DNA of 64,000 bases, from sequence record NC_042013.1, one strand, 5' to 3'. Made by a program: the position numbers and the translations under genes. Below, piece after piece: positions 47,988 through 56,644 of this stretch (the stretch's first letter is position 1; the number at the start of each line of letters is the position of its first letter). Below the pieces are notes generated by a model. That model saw only the letters and a program-made list of their open reading frames with translations. It was not told the origin of the DNA and did no database searches.

Positions 47988-48314
47988 ATGAAGAAGGTAA
48001 TCAACATCAACGCAGCCGCAACTATGCTTCTTACCGACGCTGAACACCTCCGCGTTAAGGTAGAGGATGGTGTTCTTATGATCAAGGCAACCGGTTCCGC
48101 CCGCGCCAACAACCCTTACGAGGGCGAAGAAATGACGGTTCCGAGCATCCGTTCCGCAGAAGGTCAGCGTGATCGTATGTACATCAAGACCGAACTTCCG
48201 GTTGAAGTTGGCACCAAGTTTGTTGTTGTTCAGGGTGCATACGGCTGGCTTCACTTTGTCAAGACCGACAAGGTATTCCCCTCGCTTGCAGGTGCATCTG
48301 TAAGCAAGAACTAA
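47988..48314 (+). CDS. highly expressed early protein, unknown function
   Basis: Strong promoter/RBS, markedly GC-richer codons, own terminator. Confidence 0.8.
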   Translation: MKKVININAAATMLLTDAEHLRVKVEDGVLMIKATGSARANNPYEGEEMTVPSIRSAEGQRDRMYIKTELPVEVGTKFVVVQGAYGWLHFVKTDKVFPSLAGASVSKN

Positions 48315-48340
48315 TACAAAACTTTTCCATTGACAAAAAG

Positions 48341-48372
48341 AAAAGCATCTATTACAAGTAGGTGCTTTTTTT
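48341..48372 (+). terminator. intrinsic terminator
   Basis: AAAAGCATCTA/TAGGTGCTTTT plus T-tract. Confidence 0.8.
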
Positions 48373-48389
48373 ATTTCACGAGGTTAGTA

Positions 48390-48797
48390 ATGAAATCCCC
48401 TACCGCTTTTCATCATATAATGGCGTATTTTCTAACGTGTGCAGAAGAACTGTCATTAATGAATGAACTTCGATATGGTGACGGGAAATTTACGCGATCT
48501 GATCTATGGGATTTCATGAAAGAATTGCCGGAGGGTGATTTTTTTGAAAAGACTGGAATGTCTAAGCAAAAAGATATGGGAAGAAAAGTTCAACGCGTAA
48601 CACGTGATCTTACCAGAAAAGGATGTTTAGAAAAACAATACAAGTTCAATAATCTTGTATCAAGAATTGCACATCGTCACAAAATACGGACTATGGATTT
48701 GGCGGGAAAAAATTATACAGTTTTTTATAATTTTAAATCTTCAGAAACTTTAAAAAGCTATAATGGAAAACTTAAACAAATTATGTCTAACAAATAA
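48390..48797 (+). CDS. basic hypothetical protein (possible winged helix)
   Basis: GAGG RBS; VQRVTRDLTRKGCL. Confidence 0.6.
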   Translation: MKSPTAFHHIMAYFLTCAEELSLMNELRYGDGKFTRSDLWDFMKELPEGDFFEKTGMSKQKDMGRKVQRVTRDLTRKGCLEKQYKFNNLVSRIAHRHKIRTMDLAGKNYTVFYNFKSSETLKSYNGKLKQIMSNK

Positions 48798-48808
48798 AGG
48801 AGGTGTTT

Positions 48809-49486
48809 ATGTATACTTTTTATGCCGATGCTAAAAAGAGATCATTTAACGAAAACGTTTCTATTTCACTGACAGCCGCTGCGGTTCTCACGTACATTTC
48901 ATTTCTAACATCATACATCCTTGGATGGGCTGACAAAGTTTCTGTTCTGGAAATGTTTGTGGTTTTCACTAGCTATATGTGTACTATTCTTATGTCATTC
49001 CAAATTCGATTTGGATACATCATCGGAATTGTAACAACAGCCGCTACTTCGTTTCTTCTTTGGAATAGTGATTCACCAGCACTTGCAATGTTCAACCTTT
49101 ATCTAGTTGGTTCATTGCTTTATGGTTTCATTTATTGGAAATCAGACGATAATAGCCGCCCTGTTTCTAGAATTGGTCGTAATGAAATTCTTATTATGAT
49201 TGGTTTTGCGATTTTGCTTAGTGTTTCGTACGTTACTGCTATAACTATTGTTACCCCAAATATGAAACTTGATTATGTTGATATTACATTGATGGCGCTT
49301 TCCGGTGTTGCACAGTTGATGCTTGATCGTAAAAAGCTTGAAACTTGGTTGGTATGGGGTGTGGTTAATATCATTAGCATTCCATATTTCATCTATACGG
49401 GATTGTATATGGTCGCTTTTCAGTTCTTGTTCTTCCTAATCAATGCTGGAGTTTCGTATTTTGCTTGGAAATCAGAAATTAAGTAA
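48809..49486 (+). CDS. pnuC: nicotinamide riboside transporter PnuC
   Basis: About 7 TM; E...V.TSY.CT.L, Q.LM..KKLE.W..W..VN motifs; adjacent NadR. Confidence 0.88.
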   Translation: MYTFYADAKKRSFNENVSISLTAAAVLTYISFLTSYILGWADKVSVLEMFVVFTSYMCTILMSFQIRFGYIIGIVTTAATSFLLWNSDSPALAMFNLYLVGSLLYGFIYWKSDDNSRPVSRIGRNEILIMIGFAILLSVSYVTAITIVTPNMKLDYVDITLMALSGVAQLMLDRKKLETWLVWGVVNIISIPYFIYTGLYMVAFQFLFFLINAGVSYFAWKSEIK

Positions 49487-49739
49487 AATAGAAATCGATG
49501 AGGTAGAACGTAAATTAGACGTTCTACTTCAAACCGAACTTAAAACTTTGCGCGGGCGATATTATAACGCCGAGGTTACCATATTATCTGGAAAATGGAA
49601 AAATAGAAAAGGGTTGATTAAAAATATATATCAGTGTCACGGCAGTGAATTATATTTTACCATTCACCCTATTTCCTTAAAACCACCATATGATTTACTA
49701 GACCCTATATATCTTAATAAAAGAGGATTTGATTTATGA
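49443..49739 (+). CDS. small KOW-like protein (start uncertain)
   Basis: VTILSGKWKNRKGLI. Confidence 0.5.
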   Translation: MLEFRILLGNQKLSKIEIDEVERKLDVLLQTELKTLRGRYYNAEVTILSGKWKNRKGLIKNIYQCHGSELYFTIHPISLKPPYDLLDPIYLNKRGFDL

Positions 49740-50761
49740 GTGGCGTTCTTCTGTTGACTGGACTTGTACCGACGATTGGGCATAAGCGCCTAATTCAATT
49801 CTCCCATAGTTTTCTAAAAGGACAGCCGCTACACGTAATTCTGTCATCACGATCTAAAGAACCTGTTCCCGGTAAAATGCGGGTAGATTCATTGAAAACT
49901 GAATTTCCACAGAAAAATATTAGTATTCATCATCATTTTGATAATGACGCACCTCAAAATCCTCGTCATGAAAATGACGAATGGTTTTGGGAATACTGGC
50001 GTGATACCGTTGAAAAGTTCGCAGGAAAAACAAAATACTTCTTTGCATCAGAAAAATACGGAATCGATATGGCAAAGGTTTTGAAAAACACCTTTGTTCC
50101 TTGTGATATCGCACGTTTTACATATAACGTAAAAGGTACTGATGTTAGAAATTCAATTATTCCTCGTTTTGATGACGTATTACCATCTTTCAAAAAGAAC
50201 CTTATTACTAAGGTTACATTTTTTGGTCAAGAGTCTGTAGGGAAAAGCACCCTTACATCACTTATGCAAACGAGTTCTCTTGATGGAACAATTGTTCCAG
50301 AATGGGCGCGTGAGTACCTAGAAACGATTGGTCCAGAACTATCCATCAAGAAATTAGAAATGATTGTAGACGGCCAATATGCCGCACAGCAATCCATCTA
50401 TGATATGTGCACAACACCATATGTGTTTCAAGACACCGATTTGTTGAGTACGATTGGGTATTATAGAATTTACGGAAAAACATGTCCTGAAAAATTGCTA
50501 AAACATTTCTATGAAACAAAATCGGACGTTTATTTTCTGCTCCGCGACAATATCCCGTTTGTTGAGGATCAACTTCGGTATGGTGGAAAGGTCCGTGAAT
50601 CAACCCTAGATTTTTGGATTAACATCCTCAAGGAATTCAATTGCAACTATCACATAGTTGAAAGTGAAACATTAAGTGGCAGGCTTGATGAGGTTGAAAA
50701 TTATCTTTATAATTATGAACGCCCATTTTTGAAATCCATCAGGGAATTTGAACGTGAATAA
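49736..50761 (+). CDS. nadR: NadR-like NMN adenylyltransferase / ribosylnicotinamide kinase
   Basis: N-terminal PTIGH nucleotidyltransferase motif; GQESVGKST P-loop; PEWAREYL; DTD. Confidence 0.88.
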   Translation: MSGVLLLTGLVPTIGHKRLIQFSHSFLKGQPLHVILSSRSKEPVPGKMRVDSLKTEFPQKNISIHHHFDNDAPQNPRHENDEWFWEYWRDTVEKFAGKTKYFFASEKYGIDMAKVLKNTFVPCDIARFTYNVKGTDVRNSIIPRFDDVLPSFKKNLITKVTFFGQESVGKSTLTSLMQTSSLDGTIVPEWAREYLETIGPELSIKKLEMIVDGQYAAQQSIYDMCTTPYVFQDTDLLSTIGYYRIYGKTCPEKLLKHFYETKSDVYFLLRDNIPFVEDQLRYGGKVRESTLDFWINILKEFNCNYHIVESETLSGRLDEVENYLYNYERPFLKSIREFERE

Positions 50762-51032
50762 AATATCTATAAAGCAAACTGCTCAATACATAGAATATTA
50801 CAAAGGTGGTATTTTGCATAGGGACGATGGCCCTGCTATTGAATATTTCGATGGTGGGTACACTTACTATAAAAATGGTAAAATACATCGTACCGATGGG
50901 CCAGCCGCAACTACAAGCAACGGATGCTTTTTTTGGTGGTATGATAATGTATGGACAAAAGCACAGTTTCCAGATGGTTTCATAGAATATAAAGGTACAA
51001 CCGAACAAGAATACCTTAGAAAAAACGGTTGA
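50748..51032 (+). CDS. HRxDGPA repeat protein
   Basis: LHRDDGPAI and IHRTDGPAA repeats. Confidence 0.78.
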   Translation: MNVNKISIKQTAQYIEYYKGGILHRDDGPAIEYFDGGYTYYKNGKIHRTDGPAATTSNGCFFWWYDNVWTKAQFPDGFIEYKGTTEQEYLRKNG

Positions 51033-51085
51033 CTTAATTTATTATACATTATATGGTTGGGTTAATGATCACAGGAGACCCCACT

Positions 51086-51361
51086 ATGAATGTTTTGGAA
51101 ATCACCGTTGAAAATAACAATAATGCGATGTTGGTTGTTGCCAGTGCCTTTATTGATGGTGAACGTGAAATCAAGGATATCGTAAAGCCGACCTCTGGTT
51201 CGTCTATTAAAGATAGTAGGTTTGCTGCAAAATGCATTTCTGAAAATGTATGGTCTGGAGATTTTGATATTCTTCGTGTTAATGGTTTTGATCATCCAAT
51301 TTCTACAATCGATAACGTTATAACATTCGGGTCGGTAATTAGAGAAGCATTCTATGAATAG
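51086..51361 (+). CDS. hypothetical protein
   Basis: AGGAG RBS. Confidence 0.68.
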   Translation: MNVLEITVENNNNAMLVVASAFIDGEREIKDIVKPTSGSSIKDSRFAAKCISENVWSGDFDILRVNGFDHPISTIDNVITFGSVIREAFYE

Positions 51362-51689
51362 TGGTTTCACTATAAAATTAGTAGCTGGTGTAATTGGTTA
51401 TGGTAATCATCAAAAAACAGACATGGTATTGATTAACGATATTTCTGATATTTTGCCATACAAATTGGATAAAGATTTTATTCTAACACATCGTTATATA
51501 AGTTACTACAATATTAATGATATTGAAGATAATTATTTGGTGGCTTACTGTCAGAACTATGACGATATTGAATTGATAAAACGAACTGGAAAATGCTGGA
51601 TGATATATTATAAATCAGAAGATGTGGTTGTAGTTCCAGAATTTAGCGATTGGTTAGAAATGTACGAAAGGAAGAAAAATGAATTTTGA
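51354..51689 (+). CDS. family A protein
   Basis: ISDILPY. Confidence 0.72.
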   Translation: MNSGFTIKLVAGVIGYGNHQKTDMVLINDISDILPYKLDKDFILTHRYISYYNINDIEDNYLVAYCQNYDDIELIKRTGKCWMIYYKSEDVVVVPEFSDWLEMYERKKNEF

Positions 51690-52098
51690 TTTTGTTAATG
51701 GCGAGTGGGTACTGTCTCTGAAGTCTGGAAAATATACCGCTAACCAGTTGATGGATCGAGTTGAAAAATGGTTCAATGATGAGGGCCTTGTTAGCGGGGA
51801 CTATCCACGAACAAAACTGTTCTGGAATAACTATGAAATGCTGGTCGAATCTTCCTCAAAAGTAAATTACGGAAAAGACAAGGCCGGAAAAATGGTTGAA
51901 ACCCCTGACTGGTACAAGTCTGCATTGGTTCTATTTTTTATGTACGTGCAGTCTTCTGTATATTGCCTTACCGAGCAAAAGGCCAAAGAAACATTGAATC
52001 CGAGTAATGCAAAGGATGCGAAGGAAATCGATAAGCTTGTAAACAAAGCAATGGGTGATCTTGCAAACGTTTTGTTTGGAAAACCTCAATGGCCTTAA
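51679..52098 (+). CDS. hypothetical protein
   Basis: 139-aa ORF. Confidence 0.7.
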   Translation: MNFDFVNGEWVLSLKSGKYTANQLMDRVEKWFNDEGLVSGDYPRTKLFWNNYEMLVESSSKVNYGKDKAGKMVETPDWYKSALVLFFMYVQSSVYCLTEQKAKETLNPSNAKDAKEIDKLVNKAMGDLANVLFGKPQWP

Positions 52099-52439
52099 CG
52101 GATGTAAATGAAACTATTCATTTAACCACTGTTTACGATGATCCCATGTCGTTTGGTTCATACATCTCGATTGATACAGAGAATTTTTGTGATTACATTC
52201 CTATCTCTTTGTCGAAAGAAACGTTATCATCTATAACAGTTATAAGTACATATTTACCATATTCACCCTCGCTTGATGGTAATGCTCGCCGCCGATTCTT
52301 TAAAACAGATGAGGACTTTGAGGTATCAAAAGAACAAAAATGGTGTGTTGGTATTAGATATTTGAAAAATGGTGTATGGCATATATCTGCCCCTAATATT
52401 CGTATTGCACTGATGCGTCTCGAGGAAATGCTTGGATGA
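52089..52439 (+). CDS. family A protein
   Basis: FCDYIPI. Confidence 0.66.
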   Translation: MALTDVNETIHLTTVYDDPMSFGSYISIDTENFCDYIPISLSKETLSSITVISTYLPYSPSLDGNARRRFFKTDEDFEVSKEQKWCVGIRYLKNGVWHISAPNIRIALMRLEEMLG

Positions 52440-52762
52440 TCCTTGATATAGTAATAGACCACGATAATGAATTATATTATGTGAGTCATGGTGAAGAACA
52501 CATACGGTCTTTTTGTGATGGTTTATATGATTTTATTCCATATCAAATCCCCCTCTCGTTTAATAGGGTGGTTGAGATATTCTCTATTGTATATGAAAAT
52601 GATTGTATTGGGTTAGACAAAATAGAATTCCACTCATCTATTGATACCGAAATTGTTTTTAAACAAAAGTGGTATGTTTATGTATTACTTCTTTCTGGTC
52701 AATCATTCTTTTTTGCTAATTTTGAACGCGTTGAACGCTTTTTAATAAATACTGATAAATGA
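52436..52762 (+). CDS. family A protein
   Basis: LYDFIPY. Confidence 0.68.
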   Translation: MILDIVIDHDNELYYVSHGEEHIRSFCDGLYDFIPYQIPLSFNRVVEIFSIVYENDCIGLDKIEFHSSIDTEIVFKQKWYVYVLLLSGQSFFFANFERVERFLINTDK

Positions 52763-52780
52763 ACCAAAAGGATAATCCAA

Positions 52781-53440
52781 ATGAGTGACCTCCGTAAATT
52801 TATCAATATCTTAAACGAATCTTATACTGCTCCAGCATCAAGAGCTATTAATGAAGGCGTTGAAGGCGAGACTCTTGGAGTTATCGCTAAGAAGCACCTT
52901 AAAATTAATTCTCTTCTTGCAAAAGGTGACGTAAATCATGACGTTACTATTTCTTCTCTAAAGAAGGCAATGGAAGAAGCTTATGATGCTGGTTATGGTG
53001 CGGGCCTTAATAAGAAAGAGCGCGAAAACAAGAAAAAGAATGAGTCTATTTCCGAGGCTGTTGAAGGCGAAACTATTTCGGTAATCGCTAAGAAGCATCT
53101 TGGCGTAAAATCACTACAGGCTAAGGGTATGGTTCCAGAAGAGCGTGCGATTTCTGATTACCGCAAGGCACTTCAGATGGCATATGATGCTGGTTACGGT
53201 GCAGGAACCAATAAGAAAGAAAAAGAAGATAAGACTCTTTCTGAAGGTGTTGAGGGTGAAACTCTTACATCTATCGCTAAGAAGCACCTTAAGATTCCAA
53301 CCCTAGAGTTACGTAATAGTGATAGCAAAGATTTTCATGACCTTGGAGTAGTACAGATCAAAGCAGCACTTGAGGCGGCTTATGATGCAGGCTATGGTGC
53401 AGGCATCAACAAGAAAGAAAAAGAAGATAAGAAGAAGTAA
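52781..53440 (+). CDS. triple DUF6900-like repeat protein, putative internal head polyprotein
   Basis: Three ~65-aa repeats IAKKHL...AYDAGYGAG; third has TLELRNSDSKDFHD; AATAAATA at 52744. Confidence 0.72.
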   Translation: MSDLRKFINILNESYTAPASRAINEGVEGETLGVIAKKHLKINSLLAKGDVNHDVTISSLKKAMEEAYDAGYGAGLNKKERENKKKNESISEAVEGETISVIAKKHLGVKSLQAKGMVPEERAISDYRKALQMAYDAGYGAGTNKKEKEDKTLSEGVEGETLTSIAKKHLKIPTLELRNSDSKDFHDLGVVQIKAALEAAYDAGYGAGINKKEKEDKKK

Positions 53441-53467
53441 TCCTTGACGTTTTACTATTAATATCTT

Positions 53468-53500
53468 AAGATGCCTTCAGATTTATTCTGGAGGCATTTT
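53468..53500 (+). terminator. intrinsic terminator
   Basis: ATGCCTTCAGA/TCTGGAGGCAT plus TTT. Confidence 0.75.
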
Positions 53501-53502
53501 GC

Positions 53503-53706
53503 ATGAAAGTACTGATTGTTGATCCACCGGCAGGTTGGAAATACGGATTTCCTAAAGAATACACTTTCGTCCCATCATCGGTTGATTTGACCGAAGTTCA
53601 ATTTGAAAAAGAACGTGAACATTGGTTCATCACTAATGGATATCCTGAAGAAATGATTAAACAGGGTATGCATCGTTACTGTCGTTATTGGGAAAAAGAA
53701 ATGTGA
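53503..53706 (+). CDS. small phage hypothetical protein
   Basis: IVDPPAGWKYGFPK ... GYP motif. Confidence 0.72.
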   Translation: MKVLIVDPPAGWKYGFPKEYTFVPSSVDLTEVQFEKEREHWFITNGYPEEMIKQGMHRYCRYWEKEM

Positions 53707-53975
53707 TGTGGAAAGTTTCTGTTTTTATGATATTTCTATGGGGAATTTTCTGGATCAATTCGGAAAATGAACCAACGGTAGATCGCGAAGTTTTTATTGA
53801 ACATCGCGCAAAATCACAATGGTATTACGTTGTTTCCAGAATCAACGGTTCTGAAACTCTTAGCGAAAAACTTTTTTACAAAGGCATGCTACGAGAGGTT
53901 GAAGACGAATTGAAAAAGAGTAACGTATGTGTTAAGCAAACTTATTATAACACTAACTTCGAAAGGTGCATCTAA
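53706..53975 (+). CDS. membrane-anchored hypothetical protein
   Basis: Hydrophobic N-terminus. Confidence 0.6.
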   Translation: MWKVSVFMIFLWGIFWINSENEPTVDREVFIEHRAKSQWYYVVSRINGSETLSEKLFYKGMLREVEDELKKSNVCVKQTYYNTNFERCI

Positions 53976-54196
53976 TGAAATTGACAGAATACCTTGAAAA
54001 GCTACAAAAGATCGCAAACGAATATCCCGATATTGAAATTGGAAAAGATAACGGTATGGGTGGAATTTCATCACACGTCACCATCAAGGTCGAGGATATT
54101 CATCATTACCGTTCTGGTGAAAAAATGACAACGTTTACCAAAAATTTCCTCGAAAAAATTGAGGCAGACAAAGTAACCAAAATGGTATTGCTATGA
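53975..54196 (+). CDS. hypothetical protein
   Basis: ORF in operon. Confidence 0.62.
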   Translation: MKLTEYLEKLQKIANEYPDIEIGKDNGMGGISSHVTIKVEDIHHYRSGEKMTTFTKNFLEKIEADKVTKMVLL

Positions 54197-54621
54197 ACAT
54201 TTCGTATATGGAAATAGCAAGGCGAATAGATAAAACTAGCAACAATCGAATTAATCTCGACAATCACGGCGAGGATATTCTTATTGATTTGAATCTCCCA
54301 TATAGCCGCCAGATAGAAGAAATTGATTTCGAGGAAATGGGTTATACCGCATATCTATGTAATATAGTTGATGTTGACAGTGAATCCGGTCAACCAGAAG
54401 GTATGGGAATCATTTTCTATAACGACGAGCCGGTGGCAAGTTTCGAGGTTGAGGTATATAGCGATCTTACTATTACCGGATGGTTTGATAAAAAATACCA
54501 CCAACTTTTTTATGTTTCAGTTCGTGATTCGATGATGCCTGTCTATCAAGAACCGAACGTGATTAGTATCAATGAAACAGTTGCCATAGATGATTCAACG
54601 TCTACTATGAAAGGTAGTTGA
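54193..54621 (+). CDS. hypothetical protein
   Basis: ATGA overlap, 142 aa. Confidence 0.68.
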   Translation: MNISYMEIARRIDKTSNNRINLDNHGEDILIDLNLPYSRQIEEIDFEEMGYTAYLCNIVDVDSESGQPEGMGIIFYNDEPVASFEVEVYSDLTITGWFDKKYHQLFYVSVRDSMMPVYQEPNVISINETVAIDDSTSTMKGS

Positions 54622-55119
54622 CGTTTTATTGACATCAAAAAGATACCACGCACAGTTGTCTTTTCCAGACATGTTCGTGGTTTCGTCCCATTTCATTCGG
54701 CCAATTGCAACTATCTCTTTGAGATATTTGTCGATAATTGGTGCTGACGATACATTGAACAACCAATCGCTATCAAATAAAAACCACGTTGGTACAAATT
54801 CGGCATAATGTGAAATCAATGGATGAAGTAATTTTCTATCCCAAGGCGGATTTGAAATGCAATAGTCTACGCCTATAAAATCATCAGCGGTATAATCAAA
54901 CGCGTCACGTTGAATGATATCCTCCCGTTGTGGTTCAATATCTGTCATACCAACGCATTTCAAAAACGTCAATTGATCAACTAAGTCCCCACGACCAGCA
55001 AACGGTTCAATGTATGTTGAACGTTCTTTAATATGCGGTTCTAAGGCTTTACCTGCACGCAAATCAAAGGTGCGGTAATAATCTCGTGGCTTACGCTCAA
55101 AATCTGATCTTTTTCCCAT
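54595..55119 (-). CDS. orphan DNA methyltransferase (amino-MTase, N6-adenine type)
   Basis: Motif I EPFAGRG and motif IV NPPW; start MGKRSDF at 55119. Confidence 0.85.
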   Translation of the reverse strand: MGKRSDFERKPRDYYRTFDLRAGKALEPHIKERSTYIEPFAGRGDLVDQLTFLKCVGMTDIEPQREDIIQRDAFDYTADDFIGVDYCISNPPWDRKLLHPLISHYAEFVPTWFLFDSDWLFNVSSAPIIDKYLKEIVAIGRMKWDETTNMSGKDNCAWYLFDVNKTSTTFHSRR

Positions 55120-55170
55120 AATGTTTTTCTCTATTGACTTTATGTTACTATAATATATGATATAAATTGG

Positions 55171-55638
55171 ATGCAATATAAAAGGACGCCGTTCGTGATT
55201 TATGATCTAACAGACGATATTAAGACTATGCTTATTTTAAATAATATAAACTCAGAAAAGATGATTACTGAGTACGCGGAAAATTATGAAAAAAAGGTAT
55301 CCAACATAAATCATGGAGTAATTTTCTTTCAAGACAAACTATTTCCTAATAAAGTACATTCTGCCTTTTCTATGAACAATTCGTATGATGGATTCACAAA
55401 GTACCCTATTACATTTGAATGGGAAATGGGAGACATGGTGGTTAGTTTAGTAACTACCTCAATAAGCACCACCCCGTTTGTTGGAGAAAGTCTTCAGTCA
55501 AATATGGACACTAAAAAACATCGTTATATGGTGGATATTAGCCTCGACGGTGACGTGAATTTAACATTTCGATTTCCATCACCAGATGAAAGAAACGTGT
55601 TTCTTGATTTCATTAATAGTAACACTGTAGAATTTTAA
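55171..55638 (+). CDS. family B protein
   Basis: LTDDIKTMLI; C-terminal DI..DG...TFRF.S.DER. Confidence 0.7.
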   Translation: MQYKRTPFVIYDLTDDIKTMLILNNINSEKMITEYAENYEKKVSNINHGVIFFQDKLFPNKVHSAFSMNNSYDGFTKYPITFEWEMGDMVVSLVTTSISTTPFVGESLQSNMDTKKHRYMVDISLDGDVNLTFRFPSPDERNVFLDFINSNTVEF

Positions 55639-55648
55639 AGAGATATCG

Positions 55649-56131
55649 ATGTTATATAGCTTAAAAGACGATTCGAACAAATTAATGTTTATGTTCCAAC
55701 CTTGGTGGAAATATATGGAGGAAATTTCATATGTGCACGGGGAATCGTACAAAGATATAGATTACGAATATTTTTTACTATTTGTGGAAAAAGAAAATTT
55801 CAAAAAAGACGTATTTTTTGAAACATTTCTCCCATATATTAAAAATATTAGTTATATGCTTAGTAGTAATAAAACGGCTAATAAGAAAACGATAAAGTCA
55901 GTTTTGCAAGAAATGGACACCATAGAAACAGCAGATTACAATATCCTACCAGTCGTAATATCATATAATGAGACCTTATACGAAAACGAGGAGTCGTATA
56001 CTGGCCGGGGGGATTTTTGTATCGATATTCTTTCGACAGAAGGGGCCGAGGAGTTCGCCTTTAGATTTGAAACCGAACAAAGTCGTCAACAGTTGATTGA
56101 TGAATTGTCAAAAATTGGAATGGAGTTTTGA
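55649..56131 (+). CDS. family B protein
   Basis: LKDDSNKLMF; IDIL...FRFETEQ. Confidence 0.7.
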   Translation: MLYSLKDDSNKLMFMFQPWWKYMEEISYVHGESYKDIDYEYFLLFVEKENFKKDVFFETFLPYIKNISYMLSSNKTANKKTIKSVLQEMDTIETADYNILPVVISYNETLYENEESYTGRGDFCIDILSTEGAEEFAFRFETEQSRQQLIDELSKIGMEF

Positions 56132-56132
56132 T

Positions 56133-56633
56133 ATGCTGTTTCGCATGAAACGAGACGAAGATTATTTGCAAATGATCATGACGTCTTACTTCTCTCAATA
56201 CAACAGTACGTTACAATACTATTATGCATTGTATGATATTCATGATATTAGAAAACATCTTAATATTTTGAGGTTCCCTATTTCTAATAAAAATTTTAAT
56301 AAAATAGGGGAATGTCTGTTTCCATATCAAAAAAATCTCACTTTTTGGCAAGATGCAATCGATCCCCAACATTCGGAAGTGTCTTTTATTAAATTAATGT
56401 CCAAACTAGAACCTTTTTATATAGATGAAGATTTTGGACTAATTGCGTTTATTAGTAACGTGAACTCAGAAATATTCTCATCCGAGGATACTACCTATGC
56501 AGGTGGAAGCCATACTATCGATATTATTAGTTTGGATAGTAGAGGGGACACTTATGAACATGCCACTTTTCGTTTTGAAACTGATGAGGAGGCTGAGAAG
56601 TTATATGAAAATCTTGAGAAAACGTTTAGCTAA
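56133..56633 (+). CDS. family B protein
   Basis: RDEDYLQMI; IDII...TFRFETDEE. Confidence 0.7.
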   Translation: MLFRMKRDEDYLQMIMTSYFSQYNSTLQYYYALYDIHDIRKHLNILRFPISNKNFNKIGECLFPYQKNLTFWQDAIDPQHSEVSFIKLMSKLEPFYIDEDFGLIAFISNVNSEIFSSEDTTYAGGSHTIDIISLDSRGDTYEHATFRFETDEEAEKLYENLEKTFS

Positions 56634-56644
56634 AAAGGTACAAT

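Noticed and set aside
3051-52762. Family A motif as an F-box or beta-clamp-binding motif
   Set aside because: It lacks the LPxE[IL]xxxI helix of F-boxes and the QL[SD]LF consensus, and it is internal rather than terminal.
3051-52762. Diversity-generating retroelement, integrase or IS as the source of the paralogues
   Set aside because: No reverse transcriptase, recombinase, transposase or near-identical template/variable repeat pair was seen in this window.
22580-54621. Paralogy between 22580-23131 and 54193-54621
   Set aside because: Only a loose pattern similarity by eye; too weak to claim without a profile alignment.
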